From an uncultured Gemmatimonadaceae bacterium (lineage in GTDB: Bacteria; Gemmatimonadota; Gemmatimonadetes; Gemmatimonadales; Gemmatimonadaceae): DNA of 64,000 bases. The stretch spans positions 1,376,001 to 1,440,000 of the forward strand of contig CAWFQK010000004.1 in the NCBI GenBank assembly GCA_963817955.1, given 5' to 3'. The position numbers and the translations under genes are program-made. The notes beneath the pieces are model-generated. The model had not been told where the DNA came from, did not search any database, and worked only from the letters and a program-made list of their open reading frames with translations. Positions 29,153 through 39,988 of the stretch are shown piece by piece. Within the stretch, counting starts at the first letter, position 1; each line of letters opens with the position of its first letter.

Positions 29153-29925
29153 GACCACGAGACGCCGAGCGGCTGGCCGCTGCTCTCTCGGCGGGACACG
29201 CGGCGGAACGACTGGGACTCGACCGCCGAGGATTCCTGCTGGCGGCCGGCAGCGCCTTTGGCTTACTGCTCGCCGCCGCCTGCGATTCCGAAGGACCACG
29301 ATCGGCGCAGGGCCTTCTTCAATTCGCGATGCGCGAGAACGAAGGCGTGGAGCGCGCGCTGTTCCGGCATACGTCCATCGACACACCACCCCGCGGCGCG
29401 CCGGCGGCCGGGCAGCACTTTCCGTCGTACTTCGTGTCGGACAGCGTGCCAGTGTGGGACGAAGGCGCGCGTGGCGTATGGCGGCTCGAGGTAGACGGCA
29501 TGGTGCGCAAGCCGCTGCGGCTGACGCTCGCCGATCTCGCGTCACTGCCGCGCGTCGGATACAAGCTCGATCACTTTTGCGTCGAGGGGTGGACGGCGGT
29601 CGCCACACGCACCGGTGTTCGTCTGGCCGATCTCGCGCGGCTCGTGGGCGTGCAGCCGGGCGCGAGATACGTGGACTTTACCTCGTTCGACTCGGGCTAT
29701 CACGAAAGCTGGGATATCGAGTCGGCGCTGCACCCTCAAACGCTCGTGGTTTACGCGCAGGACGGCCGGTACCTGAATGCCGCATGGGGAGCGCCGGCAC
29801 GCATCTACTCGCCGGTGAAGCTGGGGTACAAGAACACGAAATACCTGACGCGTATCACGTTCTTGCCGGAGCGTACGGGAGGGTACTGGAGTGATAAGGG
29901 GTACGAATGGTACGGGGGGGTGTGA
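29149..29925 (+). CDS. Tat-exported molybdopterin oxidoreductase (sulfite oxidase/MsrP-like)
   Basis: DRRGFL Tat motif; CVEGW; HPQT; KLGYKNTK; GGYWSDKGY. Confidence 0.88.
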   Translation: MRPRDAERLAAALSAGHAAERLGLDRRGFLLAAGSAFGLLLAAACDSEGPRSAQGLLQFAMRENEGVERALFRHTSIDTPPRGAPAAGQHFPSYFVSDSVPVWDEGARGVWRLEVDGMVRKPLRLTLADLASLPRVGYKLDHFCVEGWTAVATRTGVRLADLARLVGVQPGARYVDFTSFDSGYHESWDIESALHPQTLVVYAQDGRYLNAAWGAPARIYSPVKLGYKNTKYLTRITFLPERTGGYWSDKGYEWYGGV

Positions 29926-29962
29926 GGCGCGTGGATTGCGGACGATAGTACTGAGCGACGCG

Positions 29963-30116
29963 TGTCATCCTGAGCGACGCGAAGGATCTCTGTGGGCCGG
30001 CTGGATGTCGCTGGCTGCTCCGTAGCGGTCGGCCCACCGGTCGGCGAGTTTCGAGTTTCCAGTTGCGAGTTGTGCGTTGTGAGTTTCTCGTGTCGCGTGT
30101 CGCGTGTCGCGTATTC
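29963..30116. repeat. Solitary REP-like unit plus 7-bp period repeats
   Basis: GTCATCCTGAGCGACGCGAAGGATCTC, then GAGTTTC/GCGTGTC heptamers. Confidence 0.6.
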
Positions 30117-30180
30117 CCGAACCTTCGCGAAAATCATTTGTAGAGCCAACGATAGATATCCAGCTAATAGAAGGGGAGGA

Positions 30181-30214
30181 ACGCGAACGGCCGCCCTCGG
30201 GCGGCCGTTCGCGT
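30181..30214 (-). terminator. Probable terminator hairpin
   Basis: ACGCGAACGGCCGCC ctcg GGCGGCCGTTCGCGT, just downstream of the - strand ORF ending at 30248. Confidence 0.6.
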
Positions 30215-30247
30215 GTACTGCGGATTGTGATCTCCTGGTGCGACGAA

Positions 30248-30764
30248 CTACGCGGCCGGCACCTCACTTGCCGGTGGAGGAGTCACCGATGGCGTGGTGG
30301 CTGGTAATGTGGTGACCGGTGGGATGATGACCGGCGACGGCGTCGTCGCAGTCGTCGACCCGATCTTGATGCCGGGTTTGCGCTGGATGCGTTTGGCGGT
30401 CTGCCAGGCGGCGAGCAAGGCCTGGTCGGCGCCGATGAGCGGCAGGAGTTGCGAATCGAGCTGCGCGATAAGATTGGTCGGCAGTCCGCCGTCGATCAGC
30501 ACGGCCTCGTGCCGCCGCGACGCCTCGGCCATTGCCGCCGCCGAAGCGAGCAACGGCTCCGTCGAGACATTGGCTCGCGGCAACGTCAGCGAGCTGAAGT
30601 CGGGGACTGCCTTGAGCCGGATCTTCGCGACCGCCGCGATGCCTTCCGTAGCATCGTCGAGCCGTTCGGGGCGGCGAACGAGACGGGGCGTGCCGCGACA
30701 AAATCTGCGCTGCGGCGGAGCGTCGCCAAGGTACTGCCTTCACGGTATTTCGTATGGCCTTCAT
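30248..30764 (-). pseudogene. Fragmented hypothetical gene (helical protein with P/T-rich tail)
   Basis: Protein-like segments in different frames (TLRRSADFV...; PLLASAAAMAEA...LIDGGLPTNLIAQL). Confidence 0.4.
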
Positions 30765-30869
30765 GTGGCCACGGGGACGCTGAAAAAGAGCTGCACCACG
30801 CCGAGCGCCGGATGCGCCGGAGGAAAGAGCGAACAACCGACGTGAGACGTGTCGCGATCTCCATCGGAA

Positions 30870-32180
30870 GCGACGGACTCGTCGTCGGAAGCGACGGAAG
30901 GGTCGTCGGGAGAGACGGAATGGTCGTCGGGAGAGACGGAAGGGTCGTCGGGAGAGACGGAATGGTCGTCAGAACCGACCGAGTCGCCTTCGGAAGAGTT
31001 GGAGTCGCGTTCGGAAGAATCGGAGCCTCGTTCAGACCGGTCGGTGTTTGCGTGAGAAGCGATGGTCTTGCGTGTCACGCGAGGAGTCCGTCCTCGACGC
31101 GAGCGCCTGCGCGCTTCACGATCGGGCGTGGGGCCTGCACAAGAGACGATTCCATCGGCTAGGTCAGCCATCCCTGCTGTTACGTCAGCCATCCCTGCTG
31201 AACGCGAGCGACTGGGTCCTGAACGCCGAGCCATTGCCTGTGGACGCGGACCCATTCCAGGTTGACCAGGATCTATTCCACGTCGACACGGGTCTATTCC
31301 ACGTCAATGCGGGTGAGTCCCTCGTGGCATCGCGCGAGAGAGGCCTCAACGGCCGAGAGTCTGACGTTGACGGCGACGACTCCTCACGTGACGCCCGTCG
31401 ATCCCTCCGGCACGGCGCGCAGTTGGTGGTGAGCACGCGGGCATCCGAGCTGAACGAGCCGGAAAGCCTCCTGGACGACCGCGAGTCCGATGTTGACTGC
31501 GAGGAGTTCGTGCTTGCACGCGAGCCGTTCGTGCTTGACCGCGAGGGGTTCGTGCTTGACCGCGCGCCGTGCCATCTCACCACGGGCGAGTCACCCCTCG
31601 ACACGCGTGGGTTCCCTCTCGACCGGAAGGACTCCGCCCTGACCGAGACGCACTCTCAGGTGGACGTCATGGCATCCCAGCGAACGGAGCGAGGATTGTG
31701 GGTGGACGCGCGGGAGAGGGGTGTTGACGAGAGACGGTCCGATGTGGGGCGAGCGGCATTCGGGCTTGACACCGGGGTGTTCCCTCTTGACCGGAGTGAC
31801 TCCACCCTGAACAGCGGCTGGTGCGAGCTGGACGCGCCGGAGTCCCTGCTCGACCGGCGCTCATTCCGTCTCGACCGCGAGGGATTCCTCCTGCACACGC
31901 GTCAATTCGGTCGAGACAGCGAGGACTTCCACCTTCACACGCGTGAATTCGGTCTCGACCGCGAGGACTTCCACCTGCACACGCGTCAATTCGGTCTCGA
32001 CCGCGAGGACTTCCCTATGAGCAGGCGGGGATTCCACCTGAACACGGGTGCATCCCCTCTGCACGCCGACCGATCCCTTCTCGGCGCGATCGTATTCCCT
32101 CTGGGTAGCGATCGATTCCTTCTCGCCACGCTCGCATCCCTTGTGGGTAGCGATCGATCCCCTCTCGCCACGCTCGCGTC
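30870..32180. repeat. Degenerate 21-bp period tandem tract
   Basis: GACGGAAKGGTCGTCGGGAGA units at 30872-31040; the 21/42-bp period continues, e.g. CTCGACCGCGAGGACTTCCAC. Confidence 0.75.
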
Positions 32181-32284
32181 GTGCGATGAGCGTAGTCCTA
32201 TATATTAGTTCCGAAAACGTGGGGTCAGCGCAAGGGCCAAGATGTCCGATTGACTAAAACCGACATGTTTTGATGATTTCGGCG

Positions 32285-33253
32285 TTAGTAGTTAGTAGAG
32301 AGACACGTCAGTCGCGATGCCGCGGACTCGTGTCCCGTGTCCCGTGTCCCGTGTCCAGTGTCTTGTCCCGCCGCCGGCGCCTTTGGCGACGGCAGACTGA
32401 CCAGGATTGCCGTGATCACCAGAACGATTCCAGCCACCGTCAACTCGACGGTGGACGACCGGTAGATCGACGTCGCTGCCGACTCGCTGCCGAGCGTCGG
32501 CCGTTGGCGGCGCCAATTCCATGATCCGAGGCCAAACACGAGCGCGACCACGCACAACTTCGCGATCAGGGTATAGCCGTACGGCGTCGTCCAGAGGGCG
32601 CTCAGCGTGTGCAGATGGCGCCAGCCCGTGATGACTCCGAACAGCACCACCACGCCACCCATCGTCAGCGCGAGCGGCGAGAAACCGTTCACCATGTCGG
32701 CAGCAATCTCGCCACGGCGCGCACGCGTCGGTTCGTCGCGCTGCAGGGCACGGAGGCCCGCCACGACGAGCACGAACAATGTGCCAATCCAGAGACCGGC
32801 GGCGAGGGAGTGGACGGGATTCACGAGCGACGACCACTTGCCGAGCAGCGCGGCGCGCAACCATCCCACGATCACCCCGATCGCCGCGATGGCCCAGCCC
32901 GCGCGCACTCGAGCCGCCGCCAGGAGATACCCAATGAAAGCAAGCACAAGGAATCCCACCTGCATCATGGTCGCGGGATCGCTCGTGACCAATGCCACTG
33001 CCGTCGTCTGCCGGCGTGCCGCTAGGTCCGGCACCTGCCAGGCAGAAAGCGCCAGGCCAATGACCACGCCGATCACCCCCAATATTGCGGCGCGCCCGGC
33101 AGCGTCTTCGTAGAACTGCCGGTCTGTTTCGATTCGCCGGCCGCGCAACGCGAAGTACCGAAAGCCGATCGCGCCGGCCGCGAGGAACAGTCCGGCGAAT
33201 CCGATGAGCTCGCGCACCGGATCGGACCACTGTAGCAGGGGTTCCGCTTGCAT
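32285..33253 (-). CDS. CopD-family membrane protein
   Basis: HSLAAGLWIG, FSPLA, TG, LWTTPYG.TLIAK. Confidence 0.85.
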   Translation of the reverse strand: MQAEPLLQWSDPVRELIGFAGLFLAAGAIGFRYFALRGRRIETDRQFYEDAAGRAAILGVIGVVIGLALSAWQVPDLAARRQTTAVALVTSDPATMMQVGFLVLAFIGYLLAAARVRAGWAIAAIGVIVGWLRAALLGKWSSLVNPVHSLAAGLWIGTLFVLVVAGLRALQRDEPTRARRGEIAADMVNGFSPLALTMGGVVVLFGVITGWRHLHTLSALWTTPYGYTLIAKLCVVALVFGLGSWNWRRQRPTLGSESAATSIYRSSTVELTVAGIVLVITAILVSLPSPKAPAAGQDTGHGTRDTGHESAASRLTCLSTNY

Positions 33254-33327
33254 GTCTGAGATCTCCAGATGAGTCAGTCATTCCTGACGGGGCTTCCAGA
33301 AATTCCCCGATGAGCCAACTTCTCTTC

Positions 33328-33735
33328 ATGAAAAAGACCATTACTTCCCTGCTGATGGTGACCCGCCTGCTCGGCGTCGTTCAAATCGTCGTTGGCCTCG
33401 CCATATGGTTCAGCCTCCGCAACGGACCCGCTGCAGTCCACTCGGGACCCGTTGCATTCCACTCGGCGGTTGGCTCGCTGTTTGTGCTCGTGATGGGGAT
33501 CATCAGCGTGATCTGTTTGTTTGTGCTGCCGCGGCGCGCTGTCGCGTTGTTCGCCCTGTTCTGGAGCGGTGTCGTGCTCTGGCTCGGCATGGCGCAGACG
33601 TCGCTGGCAGTGGGTAGCGCGCACTGGACCGTTCGCGTGGCACACCTGGTCGTTGGACTCGCGGCACTCGGATTGATCGAGGCGCTCGGCGGGGCAACCA
33701 AGCGCCATTGGGCGGCGCTGCACAGTGGTGCGTAA
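33328..33735 (+). CDS. Hypothetical 4-TM membrane protein
   Basis: Four hydrophobic helices with His residues. Confidence 0.6.
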   Translation: MKKTITSLLMVTRLLGVVQIVVGLAIWFSLRNGPAAVHSGPVAFHSAVGSLFVLVMGIISVICLFVLPRRAVALFALFWSGVVLWLGMAQTSLAVGSAHWTVRVAHLVVGLAALGLIEALGGATKRHWAALHSGA

Positions 33736-33768
33736 CGCGCGGGCCGATTTCCGGCTCTCGCGAGCGCC

Positions 33769-34563
33769 ATGAACTCTGACGCAGCAGCCCCCCGCGAGTG
33801 GAATGCGCAGTCCTATCACGCGCTGTCCGAGCCACAGTTCGAGTGGGGCAAGCACGTGCTGGCCAGTCTCGCTCTCGATGGCAACGAAGTGGTGCTCGAC
33901 GCCGGTTGCGGCACTGGCCGCCTCACGGCCTTGCTCGACGATCGGCTGCCGCGCGGCCACACGGTTGCGCTCGACAGATCGGAGAACATGGTGCGGGTCG
34001 CGAAGGAAATGCTCGCACCACGTGCAGCTCGCTGCGACGTCGTCCTCGGCGACCTCTCCGCGCTGCCCTTCCGCGCGGCGTTCGACGTCGTCTTCAGCAC
34101 GGCCACCTTTCATTGGGTGCCGGATCACGACGTGCTGTTCGCGAATCTGTTCGCGGTCCTTCGCCAGGGTGGACGGGTCCATGCGCAGTGCGGCGGCGGC
34201 GCCAATCTGGAACGCATCCACGAGCGTGCCGATCTCCTCAGGCGCACGCCGGCGTTCGCCGGCTACTTCGCGAATTGGCGCGAGCCGTGGGAGTTCGCAA
34301 CCGCCGAGCTGACCGCGCAGCGGCTGGCGCGCGCCGGCTTCCGCGACGTACGCACAAGCGTCCAAGCCGCACCAACGACGTTTCGGGACGCCGCGGCTTA
34401 TCAGTCGTTCGTCTCAACTGTGGTCCTGCGCCCGTTCCTGTCGCGCCTGCCCACCGAGGAGCTTCGGACCACGTTTGCCGCGCGGATCACCGAGGCGGCC
34501 GCACATAACGATCCGCCATTTACGCTCGACTACTGGCGCCTGAATATCCAGGCAACAAAGTGA
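33769..34563 (+). CDS. SAM-dependent methyltransferase (trans-aconitate MT-like)
   Basis: VLDAGCGTG; FSTATFHWVPDH. Confidence 0.9.
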   Translation: MNSDAAAPREWNAQSYHALSEPQFEWGKHVLASLALDGNEVVLDAGCGTGRLTALLDDRLPRGHTVALDRSENMVRVAKEMLAPRAARCDVVLGDLSALPFRAAFDVVFSTATFHWVPDHDVLFANLFAVLRQGGRVHAQCGGGANLERIHERADLLRRTPAFAGYFANWREPWEFATAELTAQRLARAGFRDVRTSVQAAPTTFRDAAAYQSFVSTVVLRPFLSRLPTEELRTTFAARITEAAAHNDPPFTLDYWRLNIQATK

Positions 34564-35326
34564 GCCGGTCGTTGAGCGCTTTGTAACGCTCCCGACTCAC
34601 CGGGACTCGCGCGCCATTGGCGAGCAGGGCGCTGTAGCTGTATTGGGATTCGGCGCGCAGTTCGCGAATGCGGTCGATACGCACGAGCGCCGAGCGGTGC
34701 GTTCGATGGAATTGCGAGGGGTCGAGGAATGCCTCGAGACGCGAGAGCCGTTCGCGTAACAGACGCACGCGGCCCTGTGCGTGCACTCGGACGTAATACG
34801 TGTCGCCCTCGATCCAGTCGACGTCGTCCACTGGTATCACCAGTTGTCGCCCGCGCTCGGGAATCACCAGTTGCCGGAGGTATTGCGCGGGCACCGCGTC
34901 CGCGGGCGGCTCGAGCGTTGCGCGCAAGGTTCGTCCCTGATTCACGCGGCGGACCGCGCGGTCGAGCGCGACGTGCAGCCGTTCGTCGCGCACCGGCTTC
35001 ACGAGGAAGTCGATCGCTTCTGCCTCGAATGCACGCACGGCGTGCTCGTCGTACGCCGTCACGAAGATCACCGCTGGGGGCGTCGCTTCAGGCTCCAGTC
35101 GCTCGAGCATGGCAAATCCGTCCAGCACCGGCATGGCGATGTCGAGCAACAGAATATCGGGAGCCTGCGCGTGAATCACCGTGAGCGCCTGCATCCCGTG
35201 CTCGCAGAGCGCAATGACTTCGACGCCGACGATGCCCAGCCGGGCGACGGCATCACGAAGCCCTTCACGCGCCAGTGGCTCGTCATCCACGATCACGACG
35301 CGGTATCCATCCGGAAGAACGGTCAT
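34520..35326 (-). CDS. LytTR-family response regulator
   Basis: IVDDEPLAR, LLDIAMP, FVTAY, RTHRSALV, VPVSR. Confidence 0.92.
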   Translation of the reverse strand: MTVLPDGYRVVIVDDEPLAREGLRDAVARLGIVGVEVIALCEHGMQALTVIHAQAPDILLLDIAMPVLDGFAMLERLEPEATPPAVIFVTAYDEHAVRAFEAEAIDFLVKPVRDERLHVALDRAVRRVNQGRTLRATLEPPADAVPAQYLRQLVIPERGRQLVIPVDDVDWIEGDTYYVRVHAQGRVRLLRERLSRLEAFLDPSQFHRTHRSALVRIDRIRELRAESQYSYSALLANGARVPVSRERYKALNDRLTLLPGYSGASSRA

Positions 35327-36773
35327 GACGGGGCAGCGGGGCCGAGGGGAAGCGATATCGTGACACGCGCACCACCGCCCCTTCCGGGGCCCGGAAGGCG
35401 AACCGCGCGCGACCATCATACAAACGATCGAGCCGCTCGCGCGTGTTCGCCAGTCCAATACCGGCGGATTCTTCGGTTTCGCCAACGGCGGGCCCATCGT
35501 TCTCTATGACCAGCTCCAACTCGTCGTCAAGGCGCTTGGCGGTGATCCGAACGACTCCGCCGTCAAGGGTCCGCGCAACCCCGTGCTCCACCGCGTTCTC
35601 CACGATCGGTTGCAGGAGCAACTGTGGCACGGGCGTGGTGCGCACGGTGGCGTCCGCGTCGATCGTGAAGCGCAGCTTCGCACCAAAGCGCACCTGCTGC
35701 ACCTGAAGATACTGTTCGGCGAATTGGAGCTCGTCATGCAACGGCACCTGGCCTGGGCGTTCGTCGAGCACGTACCGGAGGAGCGAGGAAACGCCATCGA
35801 GCATGTGCGTGGCATCCTCCGTCTTGCCGGCCCGCGTCAGCGTCTGCACACCGTTCAGGGCATTGAAGAGAAAATGTGGATTGAGACGCGCACGAAGGGC
35901 CCCGAGCCGGCTGGCGAGCGACTCGGTGCGCAACAGCGCTTCGCGGTCACTCGCTGCACGCCGACGTCGTTCCGCGTCGGAGGCAAAGCCCAGGGTGAGA
36001 ATGGCGAGATACGCCAGCATGTCGAGCGGCAGATACGTCACGAACGCGGTCTGATCGAGTACCCGCCACCCGGGCACGATCGGAATGAAGAGTGCGGCCG
36101 TCACGGCTTCGACGAGCACGGCATGCACGGAGGCCAACACCCAGACAATCGCCAGATGAGACAGCAGGTCTATGGCGCGGGGGCCGCCAGCAGCCGCACG
36201 CGCCGCATGCCAGAACGGTCGTTCCGCAAGAATGATCGGTGTCGCACCAATCCAGCCAAGCAGCGTCATGATCTGCCAGACGGTGGCCAGCCAGGACGAC
36301 AGGGGATGCCCTGCCCCGTGGAGCGCCATTGCCACCATTGGCCAGCCGGCGATCGCTATGGTGGTCAACGCGACGGCAAGCAGCGCGCGCGTCGAGAGTG
36401 CGCGCCGGTACCAGGGATTACCTTCGTCGCGTGGAAGCTCGACGAGCGTCGATGCCGCCGTATCGAGCAGTCGGCCGGCGAACCGGCCTCCTGCCGCGCC
36501 AATGAACGCCGGAATCAGCAACAGCGCGAACATCGGGCTGGCGTCGTGCCGCACCACGAGGTGCACGAGTGGCAGCCCGATGGACGAGCACACTGCAACG
36601 AGCGGGATGGGCGCGCGGCCCGGCAACGTGAGCGCAAAGGTGACGAGCAGGAGCACCGTCACGGGTCCTTGCACGTCGCTCGCCGACGCATCGATCCACG
36701 CGACCAGCAAGCCTCCGATGATCGACACACCGGCCCACGCAGCAATCTCTGAACGGCTTCGACGATTTCGCAT
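35283..36773 (-). CDS. LytS/YehU-type histidine kinase
   Basis: LNPHFLFNALN; LQPIVENAVEHG; GIGLAN; N-terminal TM segments. Confidence 0.92.
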   Translation of the reverse strand: MRNRRSRSEIAAWAGVSIIGGLLVAWIDASASDVQGPVTVLLLVTFALTLPGRAPIPLVAVCSSIGLPLVHLVVRHDASPMFALLLIPAFIGAAGGRFAGRLLDTAASTLVELPRDEGNPWYRRALSTRALLAVALTTIAIAGWPMVAMALHGAGHPLSSWLATVWQIMTLLGWIGATPIILAERPFWHAARAAAGGPRAIDLLSHLAIVWVLASVHAVLVEAVTAALFIPIVPGWRVLDQTAFVTYLPLDMLAYLAILTLGFASDAERRRRAASDREALLRTESLASRLGALRARLNPHFLFNALNGVQTLTRAGKTEDATHMLDGVSSLLRYVLDERPGQVPLHDELQFAEQYLQVQQVRFGAKLRFTIDADATVRTTPVPQLLLQPIVENAVEHGVARTLDGGVVRITAKRLDDELELVIENDGPAVGETEESAGIGLANTRERLDRLYDGRARFAFRAPEGAVVRVSRYRFPSAPLPRHDRSSGWIPRRDRG

Positions 36774-36900
36774 GAGAGCACGGTGGCGCAGTGACGGCCG
36801 GGGCACCAGTCGTCGTGCCACGAACACCCGCCGGCGTGCAACGAACGATTGTGGGTCTTCGCCGAACTGAGTGGCGAATTGTCTGTCATCTGAGCGACGG

Positions 36901-37419
36901 CCTGGTCATCCTGAGCGCAAGCGAAGGATCTCTGTGGGCGTATAGACCAGCTGAGCGCAAGCGAAGGATCTCTGTGGGCGTATAGACCAGCTTTTAACGC
37001 AGAGGTCGCAGAGAACTGCAGGAGGTCGCAGAGAACTGCAAGAGAACTGCAGAGAACCGTGAAGGATTGTCTCGCCTGGAAGGCTTGGATGATGCCGTCG
37101 TGAGGCTCCGATGGTATCGCCCAGGTCGGGATCATCAACGATATGGGCGGCCTGATTGTGGACTCGGCATCCACAGTTCATTCCACCGATACGCGCTTCC
37201 TCTTCCGTACGCTTGCAGTTCTCTGTTGCAGTTCCCTTTTCCAGTTTCTCTTTTGCAGTTCTCTTGCAGTTCTCTTTTGCAGTCCTCTGCAGTTCTCCTG
37301 CAGTTCTCTGCGTCCTCTGCGTTAAAAAGCTGGTCTATACGCCCACAGAGATCCTTCGCTTGCGCTCAGGATGACAGGGCTTCGCTCAGGATGACAGGGC
37401 TTCGCTCAGGATGACCAGG
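36901..37419. repeat. Composite palindromic element, copy A
   Basis: Long inverted arms (GTCATCCTGAGC...GAAGGATCTC, AACGCAGAGG, GAGAACTGCA repeats) around core 37057-37210. Confidence 0.85.
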
Positions 37420-37457
37420 CATCGCGTCTCCCCTGTCCCGTGTCATTAGTTTGCGCC

Positions 37458-38420
37458 ATGCTTTCTCGCGCCAGAGCACATCTCACCAATCGCAGCGCAT
37501 ACCTGTCGCTCGGCCTTGGCGTGTTCGCCATCGGCTGGTCGGCCATTCTGGTGCGTTGGACCGCCGTGCCGGGGTTGGTCTCGGCATTCTACCGGCTGGC
37601 GTTCGCCAGCATGGTGTTCATTCCGTGGCGCATGTACTCGCCTCGGTACCGGCTCGGCACGGTGCCGAGTGGTGACGGCGCGGTGGTGTTGGCGCGACGG
37701 GCGATCACCGCCCGCCATGCCGCCATCATCGCCGGCGTATTTTTCGGCGCCGATCTCGCCTTCTTCAACTCGGCCGTAATGGCCACGACCGCCACGAACG
37801 CGGCGCTCCTCGGGGTGAACGCCCCGATCTTCGTCGCCATCGGCGCGTGGTGGATGTATGGCGAGCGGCCGGCGCTGCGCTTCTGGCTCGGCTTCCTGCT
37901 CGCCCTGGCCGGCATGATCGCCATCGTCGGGACCGATGTCGTGCTCCATCCGCAGTTGGGCTTCGGCGATCTGCTGGCGATCCTTGGCGCGCTCTGCTAC
38001 GCCGTGTACCTGCTCTTCGTGCAACGCAGCCGGTTGACGATGGACACGTTGACGTTCAGCGTCTGGTCCGCCGCGGTCGGCGCGCTCTGCCTGCTGCCCG
38101 TGTGCCTGTTGTTTCGAGCGCCACTCGGCGGCTTTAGTGAACGCTCATGGGCGGCGCTCGTCGCGCTCGCCCTCACCACGCAGGTGGTTGGGCATGTCCT
38201 CGTGGCACACGCCATGGGTCGTGTGCCGGCGACGCTCTCGTCCATCGTACTCCTCGCCCAAGCGCCCCTCACGGCCATCCTCGCCTGGCCGCTGCTTGGT
38301 GAGCCCATCCGCGCGTCGCAGCTCGTGGGCGGCACACTGGTGCTCGCCGGCATCATGGTGGTGAACGTGAACCGTCTGTCAGCGACTACGGGTTTACCGT
38401 CATCGGCACCGGGCGATTGA
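37458..38420 (+). CDS. DMT/EamA transporter
   Basis: Two EamA repeats; about 10 TM segments. Confidence 0.88.
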   Translation: MLSRARAHLTNRSAYLSLGLGVFAIGWSAILVRWTAVPGLVSAFYRLAFASMVFIPWRMYSPRYRLGTVPSGDGAVVLARRAITARHAAIIAGVFFGADLAFFNSAVMATTATNAALLGVNAPIFVAIGAWWMYGERPALRFWLGFLLALAGMIAIVGTDVVLHPQLGFGDLLAILGALCYAVYLLFVQRSRLTMDTLTFSVWSAAVGALCLLPVCLLFRAPLGGFSERSWAALVALALTTQVVGHVLVAHAMGRVPATLSSIVLLAQAPLTAILAWPLLGEPIRASQLVGGTLVLAGIMVVNVNRLSATTGLPSSAPGD

Positions 38421-39003
38421 GGTAGACCGTCTTGGTCTCGCTGCGGAACTGCAGTATCCGCGAGAACCAGGATTCATCGCGCGGTTCCCCGCCATGATCC
38501 ATCAGGTAACGCGCCACATTGTATGCGTCATCGGGGTCCATGCGTAGGCATCCATGTGACGCAGCCTCGCCAAGGCTCTCTTCCTCGTTGGTGCCGTGGA
38601 TGTAGTAGTCAGGCTCCTTGAAGAAGATCTTCACGACCTGCATCGGATTGGTGGACGCGCCTGGCGGCTGCGGCCTCTCGCGTCTGGCCCAGGGTTGGTT
38701 GGGCGGCACCCAAGCCGGATTCCACTCGATGTGCCGGATCGAGTAGCTCCCGACCGGGGTCGGCATGCTGCCTCGACCCACCGCAACGGGATACGACGCG
38801 ACAACGGAATCCCCGCTCTTGATGTAGAGCTTCCGTGCGCCGAGGTACACCTCCACCCTGACGCCAACGGCGTTGGGAAGCGGGGCAGATGGACGGCGCG
38901 CAACCACGGCCAGTCCGCCAACTGAGAGCGCGGCGAACGCGGCCGTCGTGGCCACGCGCCGCGCTCGCATCACCTTCGACTTCGTTCCGACACCATGCTC
39001 CAT
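38386..39003 (-). CDS. YkuD-type L,D-transpeptidase
   Basis: YPVAVG, TPVG, YIHGT...ASHGCLRM. Confidence 0.9.
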   Translation of the reverse strand: MEHGVGTKSKVMRARRVATTAAFAALSVGGLAVVARRPSAPLPNAVGVRVEVYLGARKLYIKSGDSVVASYPVAVGRGSMPTPVGSYSIRHIEWNPAWVPPNQPWARRERPQPPGASTNPMQVVKIFFKEPDYYIHGTNEEESLGEAASHGCLRMDPDDAYNVARYLMDHGGEPRDESWFSRILQFRSETKTVYLNRPVPMTVNP

Positions 39004-39094
39004 CGACGCTGCGCCTGCTCAGGGTCATCGCACAATGTGACGTCTGGCGTCACGCGGTGAATCAAAAGCAAGCCACATTCCAACTCGGGCCTGA

Positions 39095-39985
39095 TCAGTG
39101 CGCGCTCGTGACCCAAGCGGTCCACCAGATGTCGCGCAACATGCGCGCGCCCGCGGCGAGCCGATCCGCGGTGAAGCTCTTGTTCTCGGGCGCGGTCGTC
39201 GTCGCGTCAAAGGGATGCGCCTTGTCGAGTTGATAGAGATGTTCCACCTGACCATTCGTCTGCGTGAGGTACGAGACGATTGCGGTGCGCAGATCGGGAA
39301 GCACGTGCGCGGACGTATCCATGCGCGACAGCAAATCGCCGAGCTTGATGTTCGCGCCCACGTAGGCCGTCTCGAAGCGCGAGTGCAGACGCTTGTCCGT
39401 GGCGTACCCGTTTGGATTCGGGCCGGTCCACCCGTTGAACTGAATGCTCGTGTGCGTCGGGTTCGATCCGTCCGCGACATAATGTCCGAGGATGCCAGCG
39501 TCGTTGATGATGCGGGCCTCGATCCATGGACGCGTGCTGTCAGGAGCGGCGCGCCACAGCCGGAACTCCTCACGCAACTGTTGTGAAAGCTCGAGCATGC
39601 GGAACGGCAGCAGGCCCATCGTCGCGCCCTTCACGCCGGCCGCGGTCAGTGTATCGACATAGGCAAAGCGGTTCGGCGCCTTGAGTGCGGCGGCAAGTAC
39701 CGCGGGCGGAACCAAGTCCATGTCGATGAAGTGCTCCGGCGCGGTGCCTCCATCGAGTGCAGGATCCAACGCCTGTTCCGCGCGATCCCGCCAGCGATCC
39801 GGCTCCGGATTGAGATACGCGAGTTGGCGCGTTGCGTTGCGCAGGAACGCGGGCGCGGACGCCGGCAACTCGAGTGCGGCGGCCTCGCCCGTGAGACGGT
39901 GCCCCGCCTCACCCCACGCAAATACGAGCGCCGGCGCCATGAGGACGCCGGCAACAGTCAGCAGAACGACAATGCCCTTTTTCAT
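39095..39985 (-). CDS. S1/P1 nuclease-like Zn protein, secreted
   Basis: Signal then WGEAGH; HFID; HYVAD...PTH; HSRFE. Confidence 0.85.
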   Translation of the reverse strand: MKKGIVVLLTVAGVLMAPALVFAWGEAGHRLTGEAAALELPASAPAFLRNATRQLAYLNPEPDRWRDRAEQALDPALDGGTAPEHFIDMDLVPPAVLAAALKAPNRFAYVDTLTAAGVKGATMGLLPFRMLELSQQLREEFRLWRAAPDSTRPWIEARIINDAGILGHYVADGSNPTHTSIQFNGWTGPNPNGYATDKRLHSRFETAYVGANIKLGDLLSRMDTSAHVLPDLRTAIVSYLTQTNGQVEHLYQLDKAHPFDATTTAPENKSFTADRLAAGARMLRDIWWTAWVTSAH

Positions 39986-39988
39986 TTC

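Noticed and set aside
28304..29608. Long antisense ORFs (also 35583-36752, 45011-46267, 59692-60882)
   Set aside because: Shadow ORFs opposite well-supported genes, expected in high-GC DNA.
30872..31040. 21-bp repeats as a CRISPR array
   Set aside because: Tandem units without spacers.
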